Assembly (NCBI GenBank): GCA_020536535.1
Contig: JAHLWZ010000819.1
Coordinates: 49,168-113,167, forward strand
Length of the DNA: 64,000 nt
Direction: 5' to 3'
Origin: Pelomyxa schiedti
Taxonomy: Eukaryota; Protista; Evosea
Shown: piece by piece, positions 51,304 to 62,799 of the stretch
Layout of the letters: every line of letters starts with the position of its first letter
Numbering within the stretch: the stretch's first letter is position 1
Made by a program: the position numbers and the translations under genes
Notes under the pieces: model-generated
Told to the model about the DNA's origin: nothing
Database searches by the model: none
What the model saw: the letters and a program-made list of their open reading frames with translations, nothing else

Positions 51304-53747
51304 ATGGGGGAGCCAGACCACTGTGTGGTCTGTATGAAGAACGTGGGAATAGCGGACAGGGTGCGTGGATCTTAGTAGTAAAAACGTCGTGTACTGTGTT
51401 GGTTTAAAACCCCGAATGGCGTAATAATCGCTAATAAGGTAATGCTGCCGCGTGGTTTCACCATTCATGACACGTGCTTCACTTGTATTGTATGTGGGAA
51501 ACGCCTCAAAGGCGTCGATCACGTTTTTATTGACCACTCACGACGTTGGTGCAGACCTCACTACACCTCATCAGGGCCACAAATGGCTCGCCAGCTCCAC
51601 TCACAACAAACACAAAAGCCTGATGCATCCACCCAAAAAGCACCCCCTCTTCCACCGAGGTCTCCCAACGCCCTCCCCACCAAAACTGCCTCCTCAGCAC
51701 CCGACACCCCGAAAATACCTAAAAATCGGCCCGTAAAACATCCTCCGCCAAAAAATACTCCCACTCCCAAAACCGTGCTCCCCAAAGGCAAACCCCCACC
51801 TACAACAAGGCCAGATGTGGCAGAGAAACCTCAAGTCAAGCTATTCAAAGTGCCAAAATCTCCAGACCCAGTGGATAAAGATTTGCCTGAGAAAGAAGAG
51901 ATACCAGAAAAACCGAAAAAAACCAAAGCTGTAGCTCCACCTAAGAAGCCTCCCCGCAAAGAAAAGCACCATGCACCTCCCACTATTCTCAGCACACAGA
52001 ATCAACCCTCTCCCACACAAGATCAGCCACCTTCTCCGTTGCTACTCTTGGGAGAAAGACCAAAAGCTCCTGCCCCACAACCACCTCCACAAACAAAACC
52101 TCTACCCCCAAATAAGCCCAAACCTCCAATACCCACTCGACCCACTCCAAGTGCCCCAATTAAAAGTCCACCATCCGAATCGGCACCAAGTTACCCTCCA
52201 CCATCTACATCCCCAGGGAGTTCAGAACCTTCTGACAACGAGCAGGAGGCAGATGAGGAAAGTCAGCAAGAGCAAGATTATGACTCTACTAACCAAGAAG
52301 CACCAGACGACCAGCCAGACAACCAAGATGACGATGCACTTGAGTCTGTGCCTGAACCTGAACCCGAACCCGAGCCTGAGCCTGAGCCTAAACCCGAACC
52401 TGAGACAAAACCACTACCACACGTACTTCCAAGGAGATCAGTCAGGTTTTCCGTTCACAACTTGGGTTTAAATCCAACAACAGTTGCCTCATCCGGGCTC
52501 TCTTTGGTTGTTGTTGAGGGCCCCTCTGAGAGCAATCTCGAAGGATTGTGTGGTACCCTACCTCCCCCAGAACCCGAATCAGCCCAGACCCGCAATAAAG
52601 CTGCCGTTGAGAGTACAGAAGACGATGAAGTGGATTTAGAAGTTGTAACATGCCGAAGACCTCAAAAACCACTTCCTCCTCCACCTCCGCCGAAGCCAAT
52701 CCCTCCACTTCCTTCCAACAAAGAACATTCTGGCACTGAAACAACATGTGCTCAGGATAATGGCATTACGGGACAAGCTCGCAAGAAACCGCCTCCCCCT
52801 CCACCTCGTAATCATTCTACGCTGCGCACACATTCTGATGCTCCTATTCCACCTCCTAAAAACAGCACTGACTCTCCTGTTCACCCACTACCACCTCCAC
52901 GGCACCACCTTGTTACATCCAAATCTGGAGATTCTCACCCAATTCCACAAGTTGAGTCAAAGACTGGCAAGACATCCGCCGATTCTACTCCCGCACCCCC
53001 AGCTAAACCTCTTCCCCCTCCTCCTCCACCTCGAGGAAATCTGCCTGCCATACCTTCGTCAACACACCCTACAGCACCCTCTCAATCTCCAATACAAGGA
53101 CCTTCTCCTTCTCCGTGCCATGTAGAAACTATTGAGGACGACTCTGAAACAGAAGGACAAACCTGTACTGGTAAATCACTTGGAACAGTACCTTTGGTAC
53201 AATACATATATCTAAATAATCTTATAACTTTCCGCTTCAGTTTTTCATAGAGAAGGGAATCGAGCAAAGTGGGTGGCTACAAAAACGTGGATTAGAGACT
53301 GTATGATTTTACTGTACCGCGCTTAAATTTAGTCTATGCAGGGATGGAAACGCCGCTGGTTTGTCTTACAGGAGTGCGGTTTATGGTTCTTCTCCAATGA
53401 AGTTACCCTCCCATCAAATATAAATGACAAGACTATTGCAAAACCACCACCAAACCAGCCGAAGGGGTGTATTGATGTACGTAATACGGTACTTGAAATT
53501 ATGCCGAACTCCAGACTTTTCGCGGTGTGCCCCAAAGACCAGTCTTTTCGTTACTAACTTCACGGAACCAAGTTGATTGAAAGGCGAACATTCCACCTCG
53601 TTGCTGGAACGAATGCTGAAGCCAGGCAATGGATAGAAGCATTGATACATGTGCCTCCTCTAGATGTGAGAGTTGTTGGTGTAACGGTAGTTGCTCCTAA
53701 TCTTCCGTAAATCTCTTATGTAACTACAGGGTGAATTTTCACACTGA
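51304..53747 (+). CDS. LIM-domain / proline-rich / PH-domain protein
   Basis: MGEPDHCVVCMKNVGIADR|VMLPRGFTIHDTCFTCIVCGKRL...WCRPHY (LIM); ~550 aa Pro-rich; SGWLQKRG..GWKRRWFVLQ..PKGCIDV..TFHLVAGTNAEARQWIEAL (PH); stop 53745-53747. Confidence 0.88.
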
Positions 53748-53800
53748 GGGTATTTTTGTTGTATGTTACCACAATTATTTGCGAAAATAAAATTTTTGTT

Positions 53801-56800
53801 TTACAACATGGCCAGCAGAATCATAGTTAAAGTGGCAACAGCACTCCCTACCAACAAGGTGTTTGCTCCCGAAACATCGGAACTGGGTGCTTCCTGACTA
53901 ACTTCCACATGTACTGGATAAGGACCTCCAGAAGGAAGTGCGAAGGTAACACTCTTAGTGGTGGAGCTCGTATCACTGCTTATTGGTGAGGCCCGATCAC
54001 CATCAACCTTGGGGGGTATAAACTTTCACAAGAGAAATGGAATGGCTTGGGCTTTGTACCTGAATTATGAAGTTGTCATAAGTGGAGTCTTCAACAACGA
54101 ATTGCACTGTCAGGGAAACAGGTGACCCTTGCTTCACGGTTCTCAAGTCATCCACAGAGATAGTTAAATCCACTGATGTCTCTGTGTACCTATTACATGG
54201 GAGTGTTAACTCCATTTCCAAGACTAAATTGAGGGTGAAGCACACCCAATGTCCTCTGTGATGATGTCCGGATGAGGGGAGCCTGATGACTGGAAAGTCA
54301 AGTGCACTTCCTCATCATACTCAAAAGCCTCACAACCATACACCACAATTGACCAAATTTCTCCTCCTGTGTGGTTGTGAATCACTCCATTGAAGCAAGT
54401 ATACTCCTCTGTGTGGGGGTTATATTTGGTGTTAGTGGAAAGGAGAAGCAGTTGGTTTTTTTGGGGCCTCTCAACTTGATGAGGATTCCAGGTCAAGAGA
54501 ACATTGAATTGCATAGTCGAACAGGGCAGTTTGTAAGTCGACTGTAACAAGTTCCGATGTGTATTCCTGCGTGTTGTTGGGTGATGGCTATAGAATATGG
54601 TTCAGCAGCCAAACTGATTGGAAATCCAGAACAAAATCGTTCTCTGAAGCATGTGGTTTGATAAGGTGAACAAATGGAACTGCCTGTTGCTGTCTTACTA
54701 AGTAAGCCGGATGCAACTGCGATGTTGGCACTGAAGGTGCTGAACCCACAAATATTTGCTGTTGGGTATTGGAATTTTAGAACAACCGGTAAAATGGGAC
54801 AGTATACCTTGGAATGTGTTGTCACAGGGGAGTACACTTCGAGGCCTTTCACATATCCATGGAGAGGTTGTAGTTTGTCGTCAAGTAATTGAAGTTGGTC
54901 AATGTGTAGAACAGTACTGTTAAGAATAGTGTGACCCCATCCCCCTTCCGTTCCGTCATCAAAATACTGAGAAAAAAGAAGTAATACCAGCATTGAATGT
55001 GATGTCCGTGATATAGTGCCAACCAAGAGGTTTCCTACTGATGCCAAACTCACTTCGACTGTAATTAAAGAGTTTCCAGCCAACAAAATCTATAGTGACA
55101 AACTTATAGTAATAGTCCCAACCTAACGAACGTATAAGTTAGACATAAGTTGATGGGTCAGGCACCTTCAGATGTACTATTCTCAGAGGTCATAGTTAGG
55201 GTTAAAATAGCACCATTTGCAACTGCTGAATGTAGCCAGAAATTGAAATACGCCATATTACTCCAGTCTTGTATGACAGTATCTACGTGGATAGAGGGTT
55301 TGAGGTCAAGTTGGTCCCATCTCCCACTAGCAAGAAGCGTTAGAGAAGCTACTGTCCTTGAATAGTATAAGAACCTGTGTGAGCCGTCTTTGTACATGGA
55401 GCTGTCGATGATGATGTTTGTCCAACCCTCGTTGTAGCTTTCAAAGCTATACGAATACTTGGCAGAATCTATTTTGTTAAGTAAGTTTTTGTTTCCTTGA
55501 GATACCCCGCAACCTGCCCATATCAAAGAAAAATCGGAGTATGTTGTAACATAGGAGAGTGAAGACCAGTACGAAAAGGATATGTCTGGCCCCAGGGATC
55601 CTTTTTTATTTGGGTGATTTTGCCTTTTTTTTGTCTCTTGAGATTTACGTACCACCAAATGAAGAGAGGGTTGGGCCATTGTAGTCCATTGTTCCTTGTG
55701 AATGAATGAAAAAATCATAATAATGCTCCTCGGTGGTGTTCCAAGAGTGAGGTGACACTATGTCCAGAACCAAAGGTAGTTCCTTGGACCTGCATTTCCG
55801 TCAGAATGCAGGCGATGGGGAAGAAGAATACGAATTGAGTGAAGGACTTCCAAGAAGGAACATAGTTCGGCTGGCAAAAACATCGGCAGAAATATTGGAC
55901 ATTGCTGATAGTAGCTGCATAGGTTGATAAGTTTTTGAAAAGTGAACCTTTTAAATGATGTTAGAATTTGAATGGAATACACAAGTGATACAAGTGCTCC
56001 AGTTTCCTCCGGTTGGCAGTAGCCGTCAGCTTGAACTGTTGTATGAGATAGAGTTCTTTTAAAGTACTCTACATGCTGTGGTAATTGGTAACCAACAGTG
56101 CCTGAAAATTTTCAGTTGGATCACTGTCATCCCACTAAATACCATAGTCCATAATAAGGGTTGATTCGTGGGAATAAAACGAAATGCTCAATTTATCATA
56201 GTGCCCGTGCCATCCACCCTGTGGCCCGAATTTGGCCATCAAGTAGTCTGACTGTGGTGTACGAAGAACAGCAAGACCACTTGCTTCAAGAAAAGCACTT
56301 GGAAGAGAAAAGTCTGGTCAAGAAATTACACATCAGTAAAGATAAGTGCGAAAACCTTGGGTATCCTGAATGCTGGAGCCAACAAGAAAGGCATTACGAT
56401 TTACTCTATATGTCTTACTAAGTAGTGTTTTTCCGCTCACGTAGAGAATCGGTACCTGGAGCCACCTTGAGCAAGTATGGCATTTATTACCCAGCCCATT
56501 TGATCATCCTCAGGATAGTGAGAATAAGCAAGCTCGTAATTCGATTCACAGGAGACAAGTGACTCGGATCCTTTGGATGCTGTGAAAAAAAAGTAAGGCA
56601 TAAACGAAACGTACTCATGTCATTTATAGCGGGCATATTTAAATCTGGATAAGCTAGGAGCACTGGCGCGCTGTACATCAGATGGATAGATTTTGTGCCA
56701 GACCCACTCAAAGTGGGAACCTGGAGGTTGTACAAATTGGTGCCAGCTTCATATGCAGCTTCTGCAAGGGCTTCGTGTGCTTGCAGAGCATAGAAGTGAT

Positions 56801-59175
56801 ATCCTATGCTTCCTTCATACCAAAAACCGTCATCGTACATTGAATATTGCATCTAGAAAGGCTGTTCAGTCATGCTTTGGAGGCAAGGACAAAAGGTACT
56901 TGGAACTTGAATCCACTTGGCCCATTGATTGCAGAGTCAACATAGGTACTATCTCCTACTGTATACCCAACAACTCCAATTGCAGCTGTAGAAATGAAGT
57001 CTAAAAAAGGAAAAAGAAACTCCTATGTAAGAACCGTTATGCCAGCTCTGCCAATTGCTCATTCCAGCATCATTTCGTTTGATAGTGGTAATTGTTTGTC
57101 GTAGCAGATTGTATTCAACAAGAATTTGTTGATTTTTAGACATCAAATCATGCACACAATCAAAGGTCAGAGAAGCGCTACAAAATTTAGTTTGAAGATG
57201 GGTTTTTTTCAGAAAACACACTCAATAATCCATGAGGATTCATCAAGGGTTTGAGATAAAATTCTTCCTCCACTGTTCACATTCTGTAAGAGGTGAACAC
57301 CAATAAATACTAAGGCAGGTATTACAAGCATTTCCCAGCCACGCATTCCATGATAGGGGGCGCTGGGGTATACCCGGGAATACGCCTCTAGAATGCTAAT
57401 AGCGGTTTGGGCAAAAGACTAGAACATATCAAATAAATTAAGAAATAAAAAGCAAAAGGAATACCTCGTTGCCATAGAACACATATGCTAAAGCAGAACA
57501 CTCTGCAAGCCATATGTTATTGTTGTGCTTTGATGTGATCCAAGCTCCATCATATGGTTGTCCCGTATAGTAGTCATCTTCCGATCTACCAGTGTTTCAA
57601 GAACAGTGTAAAACAATTCAAAGCTTGATACTTGCAATAATGTTCATAAGGAGAATTTGCACGATATGTAAGGGGTGTTCCGTCATCACAGGTATAATAT
57701 CCTCCCCACCATCCAAGTGGGTCACTGGGTATAGATATGTCTGCAGTGAGAGCAAAAACAGCCTAGGAGTTGCAGTTAGTTGGCAGATAGAAGAAGTTGT
57801 TAACCTGGTTGTACATAGAAGAGAGGAAGCTTGCAGCCCACGTATATGTGTGGGACTTTGAAATCAGGGATGGGATATCCTAAGTTTATGTTACCAGTAA
57901 CGTTTTCTTTGCTTTTTGGAGACTTACTCCAGAATTGAAATATAAAAAGGGGTGTGCTTTTGTTGATGTAGGAGAGCTGACAACTGACACTTGGAGCATT
58001 ACGTACGAATTTTCCTCAGAGTTGAACAGAGTAGAAATTCGGATCGTTGATGTGCCAACAGATGCTGCTGCAGAAGTCTTTTTATATTTTATATAAGAGG
58101 AAGAGAAATATGAATAGCCACAACCGTAATTTTTATTAGCTTGGATACAATTGCATTTGACGCTACTGAACTCAGAGCTAGTGTGCTGGTTCCCGATTCA
58201 CTGAACGTCACAGAGAGACCTGGAAGTACAGTCCCATTGAGCAGCAAGGTTAATGGAGAACTAGCAGTTTCTTGTGGATTCTGTAAATACAGTGGGAATT
58301 CCAATTCCTTTTTTACACATAAATGTAAGTTGTACCTAAAGGAGATAAACCTCCTCTCTGGGGATGGTATATTGTAAGGACTCCTGTGGAAAATCAAGCT
58401 GAGGAGCAAATATATCTTAATGGTGTAAAAAGCTAAGAACTGAGTTCATCTTGGGTGTACAAATGTCATCGAAGCACACAAAAGTATCAACAATGGGTGT
58501 GTGACTCCACCCATTAGAAGAAAATGAGATGTAATTAATCGTATCCCAACCAGCTGGTACACGAGACGGTTGTATATCACTTCCAAAAGATAGTGTTACC
58601 CTTTGATGAATGAATGAAGCACCAAAAAAAAAAAAGAGTGTACTTCTTCCACCCTGTCCAATCAAGTGTAATTGCAGTCCTATTGGACATGAGTGCACGC
58701 AGTATAAACCCAAATAGAGAAACACACGAATAATAATCCCATCCTGTGGGGTCGCTTGGGTTATCTGAGTCCAAAACCAATTGAAATGCGGCACCGTTTG
58801 CACTTTTCGAGTAAATGCTCATCACCAACTGTGTGTAAGCACTCCAGTCATGAGGTATATCATAAGTACGTGCAGTAGTGTGCACAGTTGTATCATTCCA
58901 ACTTAATGAATGCCAGGAGGAAAAAAGTAAAAAAAAAGAGTGTAAGAAGAAAACTGTCACAAAAGGGAAAGGGGGTTAAAAAAACCAAACCAGCCAGAAT
59001 GAGTTCCTTCGACTTTTATGGAAGATGATGGGATCAGTGACGTCCACTTCCAATACGTTCCGTTGTAGTCAAGGTCATCAATAACAAGCCCCGCTGATGG
59101 TGCACCCCACACAATGGCCCCGAGTCCCATAATCGCCCCAGCTACCACAGCCCAAACCCACACGAAAGAGCCCAT
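53801..59175 (-). CDS. Secreted polysaccharide lyase (alginate-lyase + heparinase II/III domains, PL17-like) with two CBM-like modules and a probable GPI-anchor signal
   Basis: Signal MGSFVWVWAVVAGAIMGLGAIVWG; YTGQPYDGAW, GGRILSQTLDESSWI, NWQSWHN, DDGFWYEGSIGYHFYAL, MPAIND, FGPQGGWHGHYDKLS, TLSHTTVQADG; tail SSDVSGANTLLVGSAVATLTMILLAML* (stop 53801-53803). Confidence 0.82.
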
Positions 59176-59301
59176 CGCCGTGGCGCAGCAGCAGGCCTTC
59201 GGTTTTTTGTTTTTTTCCAAACGATCAAATAAACCGAATCGATTTTTAAAAGGGTTCCCTGAATTGTGAAACGCGATGGATCGTAATGATACAAAGGGAG
59301 A

Positions 59302-61896
59302 CTACAGGAAAGCAAATGGTGGGATACCTCCTTGGTCCTGGTAAGGAATCAGAATCGAGCAACAAGAAGAGCAACAGACATACATTCAGGACCTTGAAGT
59401 TGGTCAAGGCGAGATTGTAGTCCCAATCAGCACTCTGTAAACACTGCACGGCGTATTTCTCTTGAAGCTTGGTGTCTTGCATTAGTCGTCTGGTGAGGTC
59501 ATTCTGTTCTCGGGTGAGTTTTTTCTTTTTTGTGAAATTTATCTCAGATACTGCTTGTTCAATGGAGACTGGAGATGTATTTGAGGCAGAGCTAGTGTTG
59601 GCAAGCGGTTCACTGACTCGGAGTGGTTCGGTGAGAGAAAGAGCGGAGTGGGTGGTGTTGATCTGCAACTGGTCGGTAGTTATTACAGCGGGCCATTCAT
59701 CTTGTGAAATACCACTATTTTACGAATTTTGTTAATAGAAGGGTACATAAAGGGATACCTTGTGTTGGGAACTAAAAGAAACGTTCTTGTGAAAGGAAAA
59801 CTACTAGAACCTATACAAGTGATCAGAGGGGAAATACAAGTGCATAACTCACATATTTCTACAGTGCCATAGAGATGAATACAAAGAATTGGAGTTGTGG
59901 TTACAGAAGAGAGTACATAGGCATCGTGTGTACAACCCGTTAAATTGTGTTTGGTGGAAGGCAGCTTTTGAATTGCTTGGTGGACAAGATCTCGTCCGTA
60001 TGTTATAGTTGCTTGTGCATCTAAATTTTTTTTTTTAATACTGCCTATGGAGAGATTGAAAAAGTAAGGGTAGAAAATCACCAGGATTGTGAGGAGTTTC
60101 AAGGTTTCTGTTGCCGGATACTAATTCTGGCGGAACTGAACGTTTCCGTTTATTCATGCTCCTTGAGCAATCGTGAACTGAATAAGAAAATGTTGCAGCT
60201 TCACTGTAGGCAAAAAGTAATGCTGCTCTATTTACATCAAATAGGTGAATATATCTATGAGGGGAAAAAAAGGAATGAAGTTAAGGGGGAACAAGAGACT
60301 AGTCGAACTAACTTAGTCAAAAATTGACCGGCTGTTTGGTGTGTAGAGTCTGAGTCTGAGTATTGTAGGGTCAGTGGAGGTACAGTTAAGTCTGAGATAG
60401 CTGCAACAGAAAAAGTGCGCACAGATGCCACCCTTTGACCATCTAAGAAACGGAGGGATATAAATCTTCTCTCTACTTCACTGGAAAGGCAGTGAGCAGG
60501 GAACAATTCATGTATGGTGCATTACTGTCTATATTGCGGTGAGTTACAGATGGGATTGCGCCTGAAATCAAGCTCACGCGCGCGAATCACCTTCAAATTA
60601 TCAAGGTCCGAAAACTCCGAAAGTGAATTATCTAGAAGGAATATGGGCGTCCCCAATACTACCCGAACTCTAGAGAAATGTATACCAGACAAACAGAGGT
60701 TTTTAAGATCCTTTAGGTGCCGTGCCATTGAAAATCCAACAAGAGAGTTAATGTTGTTAGCAGAAAGGGAAATGGTTTCTATCTGATAAGGATAAGAATA
60801 TTATTTGTGAGAGACCTACATATGGGTGAGATATACCAGAGGTATAAAATGCCATATAACTTTGAAGAGAATTTCAAATGTATTTGGAGAAAATATGAGA
60901 AGTTTGCTAGGCAATGTTAATAGAAGACAAACACAAGAAACACAACAAGAAAACAGAAGAAAAGAAAAGGGAGAAATGTAAAGACCAAAACAAGCCTTCC
61001 AATCTTCTCTTCAATGCCAGATAAATCCAACACTTTTAATTTCGGATTTGTACTGAGGCAATGCTTAATGAAATCTGTGAAAGTGGATTCCTAAAGTGGT
61101 TATTACAAGAATGACAGAAGGAAAATACCAGCTTGTATGAACGTAGCCTGTTTTGTTGTTTGAGTGTGTTACTGAGAACGGAAATGGTTAGCTGTACTTA
61201 GGTCAGATCAGCAAGCAGGAGGGAGTGGGAGCATTCCTTAAGTGATTTGAATGTTACAGGTGATAGTGCTTTAAAAGCTTCCGCATCCAGCTGGGAAGGC
61301 ACAGAAAAAAAACACTTGGAGTGCAACAATTTAAACTGTATTGGGAGGGTGAAATTTAAGTGATTTCGATCTTCTCACACATCAGAAACTTGGACAGGAT
61401 GACCAATTTTGAGTAACAGGAAGTTGATGAGTTCATTCATATTAATAACACCACTTAAACCTGTCACCTGTACGTTTCCTCAGTGAGGAGGGTGTGGAGG
61501 AGAATAGAATAGAGGTACCATAACAACAGGTGATGTATCTTGCTGAACCTCACTTGAAATCTTGTTAGCAACAGCAACTAAAACGACACCAACAAAACAA
61601 AAAAAAAAGAGAGAGGGGAAGTCCAATCACCCTGGAAGAATAGGCACCAACGAAGATTGCAAAATTCGTTGAGCGTAGCTACGTATGAAGGCCTTCTCCT
61701 CTTCCGTTGTTTTCGATGAAGACGACGCTGTGTCCTTGACGGAGCGCCTGTGGCCCCCGCCGCCGGATCTGCTTCCGTGGAGGTGATGATGGTGCCCGTG
61801 CTCGTGGCGGCTGCCGCTGCTGCTGTGGCTGTGGCTGTGGTGATGGTGGTGCCCGTGGCGGCCGTGCTGCGGGGTCTCACCACCGGTGCCCGACAT
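59302..61896 (-). CDS. NXF1: mRNA export factor NXF1/TAP/Mex67-like (LRR + NTF2-like + TAP-C)
   Basis: LRR (LKVLDLSG, LLDNSLSEFSDLDNL..ELDFRRNPIC); NTF2-like (IQKLPSTKH, FTRTFLLVP); TAP-C LTREQNDLTRRLMQDTKLQEKYAVQCLQSADWDYNLALTNF..|DQGGIPPFAFL*; His-rich N-terminus. Confidence 0.85.
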
Positions 61897-62071
61897 CTTT
61901 TTTGTGTGTGGAGGTGATCAGATCTGTGTACGCGAAACAACGAACTTGGTTGGGTTTTTCCTTAGAACGTACACTGTGGCCAGGTGTGATGATCATACAC
62001 AACCCTCGCCACATACGCGTTTGGGGGTTGTACCCATTGAGCGTTGAATACTGCAAAAACCAGTTTGACCA

Positions 62072-62799
62072 TGGGTGATGTTAGGAGAGTTGCCTCTGCC
62101 AACCAAGGTGCCTCAATGCTCACACACAATTAACACTGAAACAGGTAACCACCCAACAAGGAGCTCCTTGTTGGGTGGGATGGTGACACCCCTTGCTGTG
62201 GCTGTTGAGGATGTGGTGTGGGGGAAGACCTTTTTGTTTAGTGGTTTCAGGTGTTCATCTGAAATCGCGAAAACCAAGAGGTTGTGAGATCGATCCTGGG
62301 CATGGCTACCTTCCCCAAATTGACCTGGGAAAACAACAACCCATTTACCAACAAGCATTTAAAAACTTGACAAACAACAATTCTATTCTATCCTCAACCC
62401 TCTACTCTATCTTATCTACAAATGTCGTCATTTCATTCCCTCCCTGGGGGTTTTGGCCAGGGGCCTAAAGCTGGGATATGTGGTGAAATAAGGACCCAGA
62501 GTGAATACCCTCCCATTAAAAGGAGGTTCCTTTTTCCCTCCAAGTAGCCACCAACATGAAACCACTCAACAACCGCATGGCTCATCTTGCGATGTGGCCC
62601 CAACTTGCCACTATGGATGACTCTCCTGAAACAATGAAGCACATCCTAAACAGATGTGGACATAACTCCATTGTGTGATGGCAAATCCATAGAACCAGAA
62701 CAAGAACAAGAACAAGAACCAGAACCAGAACAAGAACAAGAAACAGAATTAGCAACCAATGCATTAATTGAATCTGTTTTTTCTGAATCAGTTGGATGA
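62072..62799 (+). CDS. Possible small multi-exon gene ending in an (EP/EQ)n tract
   Basis: Acceptor ...taaacag| at 62653 opens DVDITPLCDGKSIEPEQEQEQEPEPEQEQETELATNALIESVFSESVG*; upstream exons could not be joined convincingly. Confidence 0.25.

Noticed and set aside
51208-51537. Minus-strand ORF that might be the chitin synthase N-terminus
   Set aside because: It overlaps the well-supported LIM exons on the + strand and has no CHS-like content.
61986-62140. GTGATGA...CTGA pair resembling a box C/D snoRNA
   Set aside because: There is no convincing terminal stem or recognisable rRNA antisense element; such short motifs occur by chance.
62113-62358. Minus-strand ORF loosely resembling the C-terminal part of the 62788-63804 protein
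   Set aside because: The similarity is only a vague pattern by eye and cannot be supported without an alignment score.
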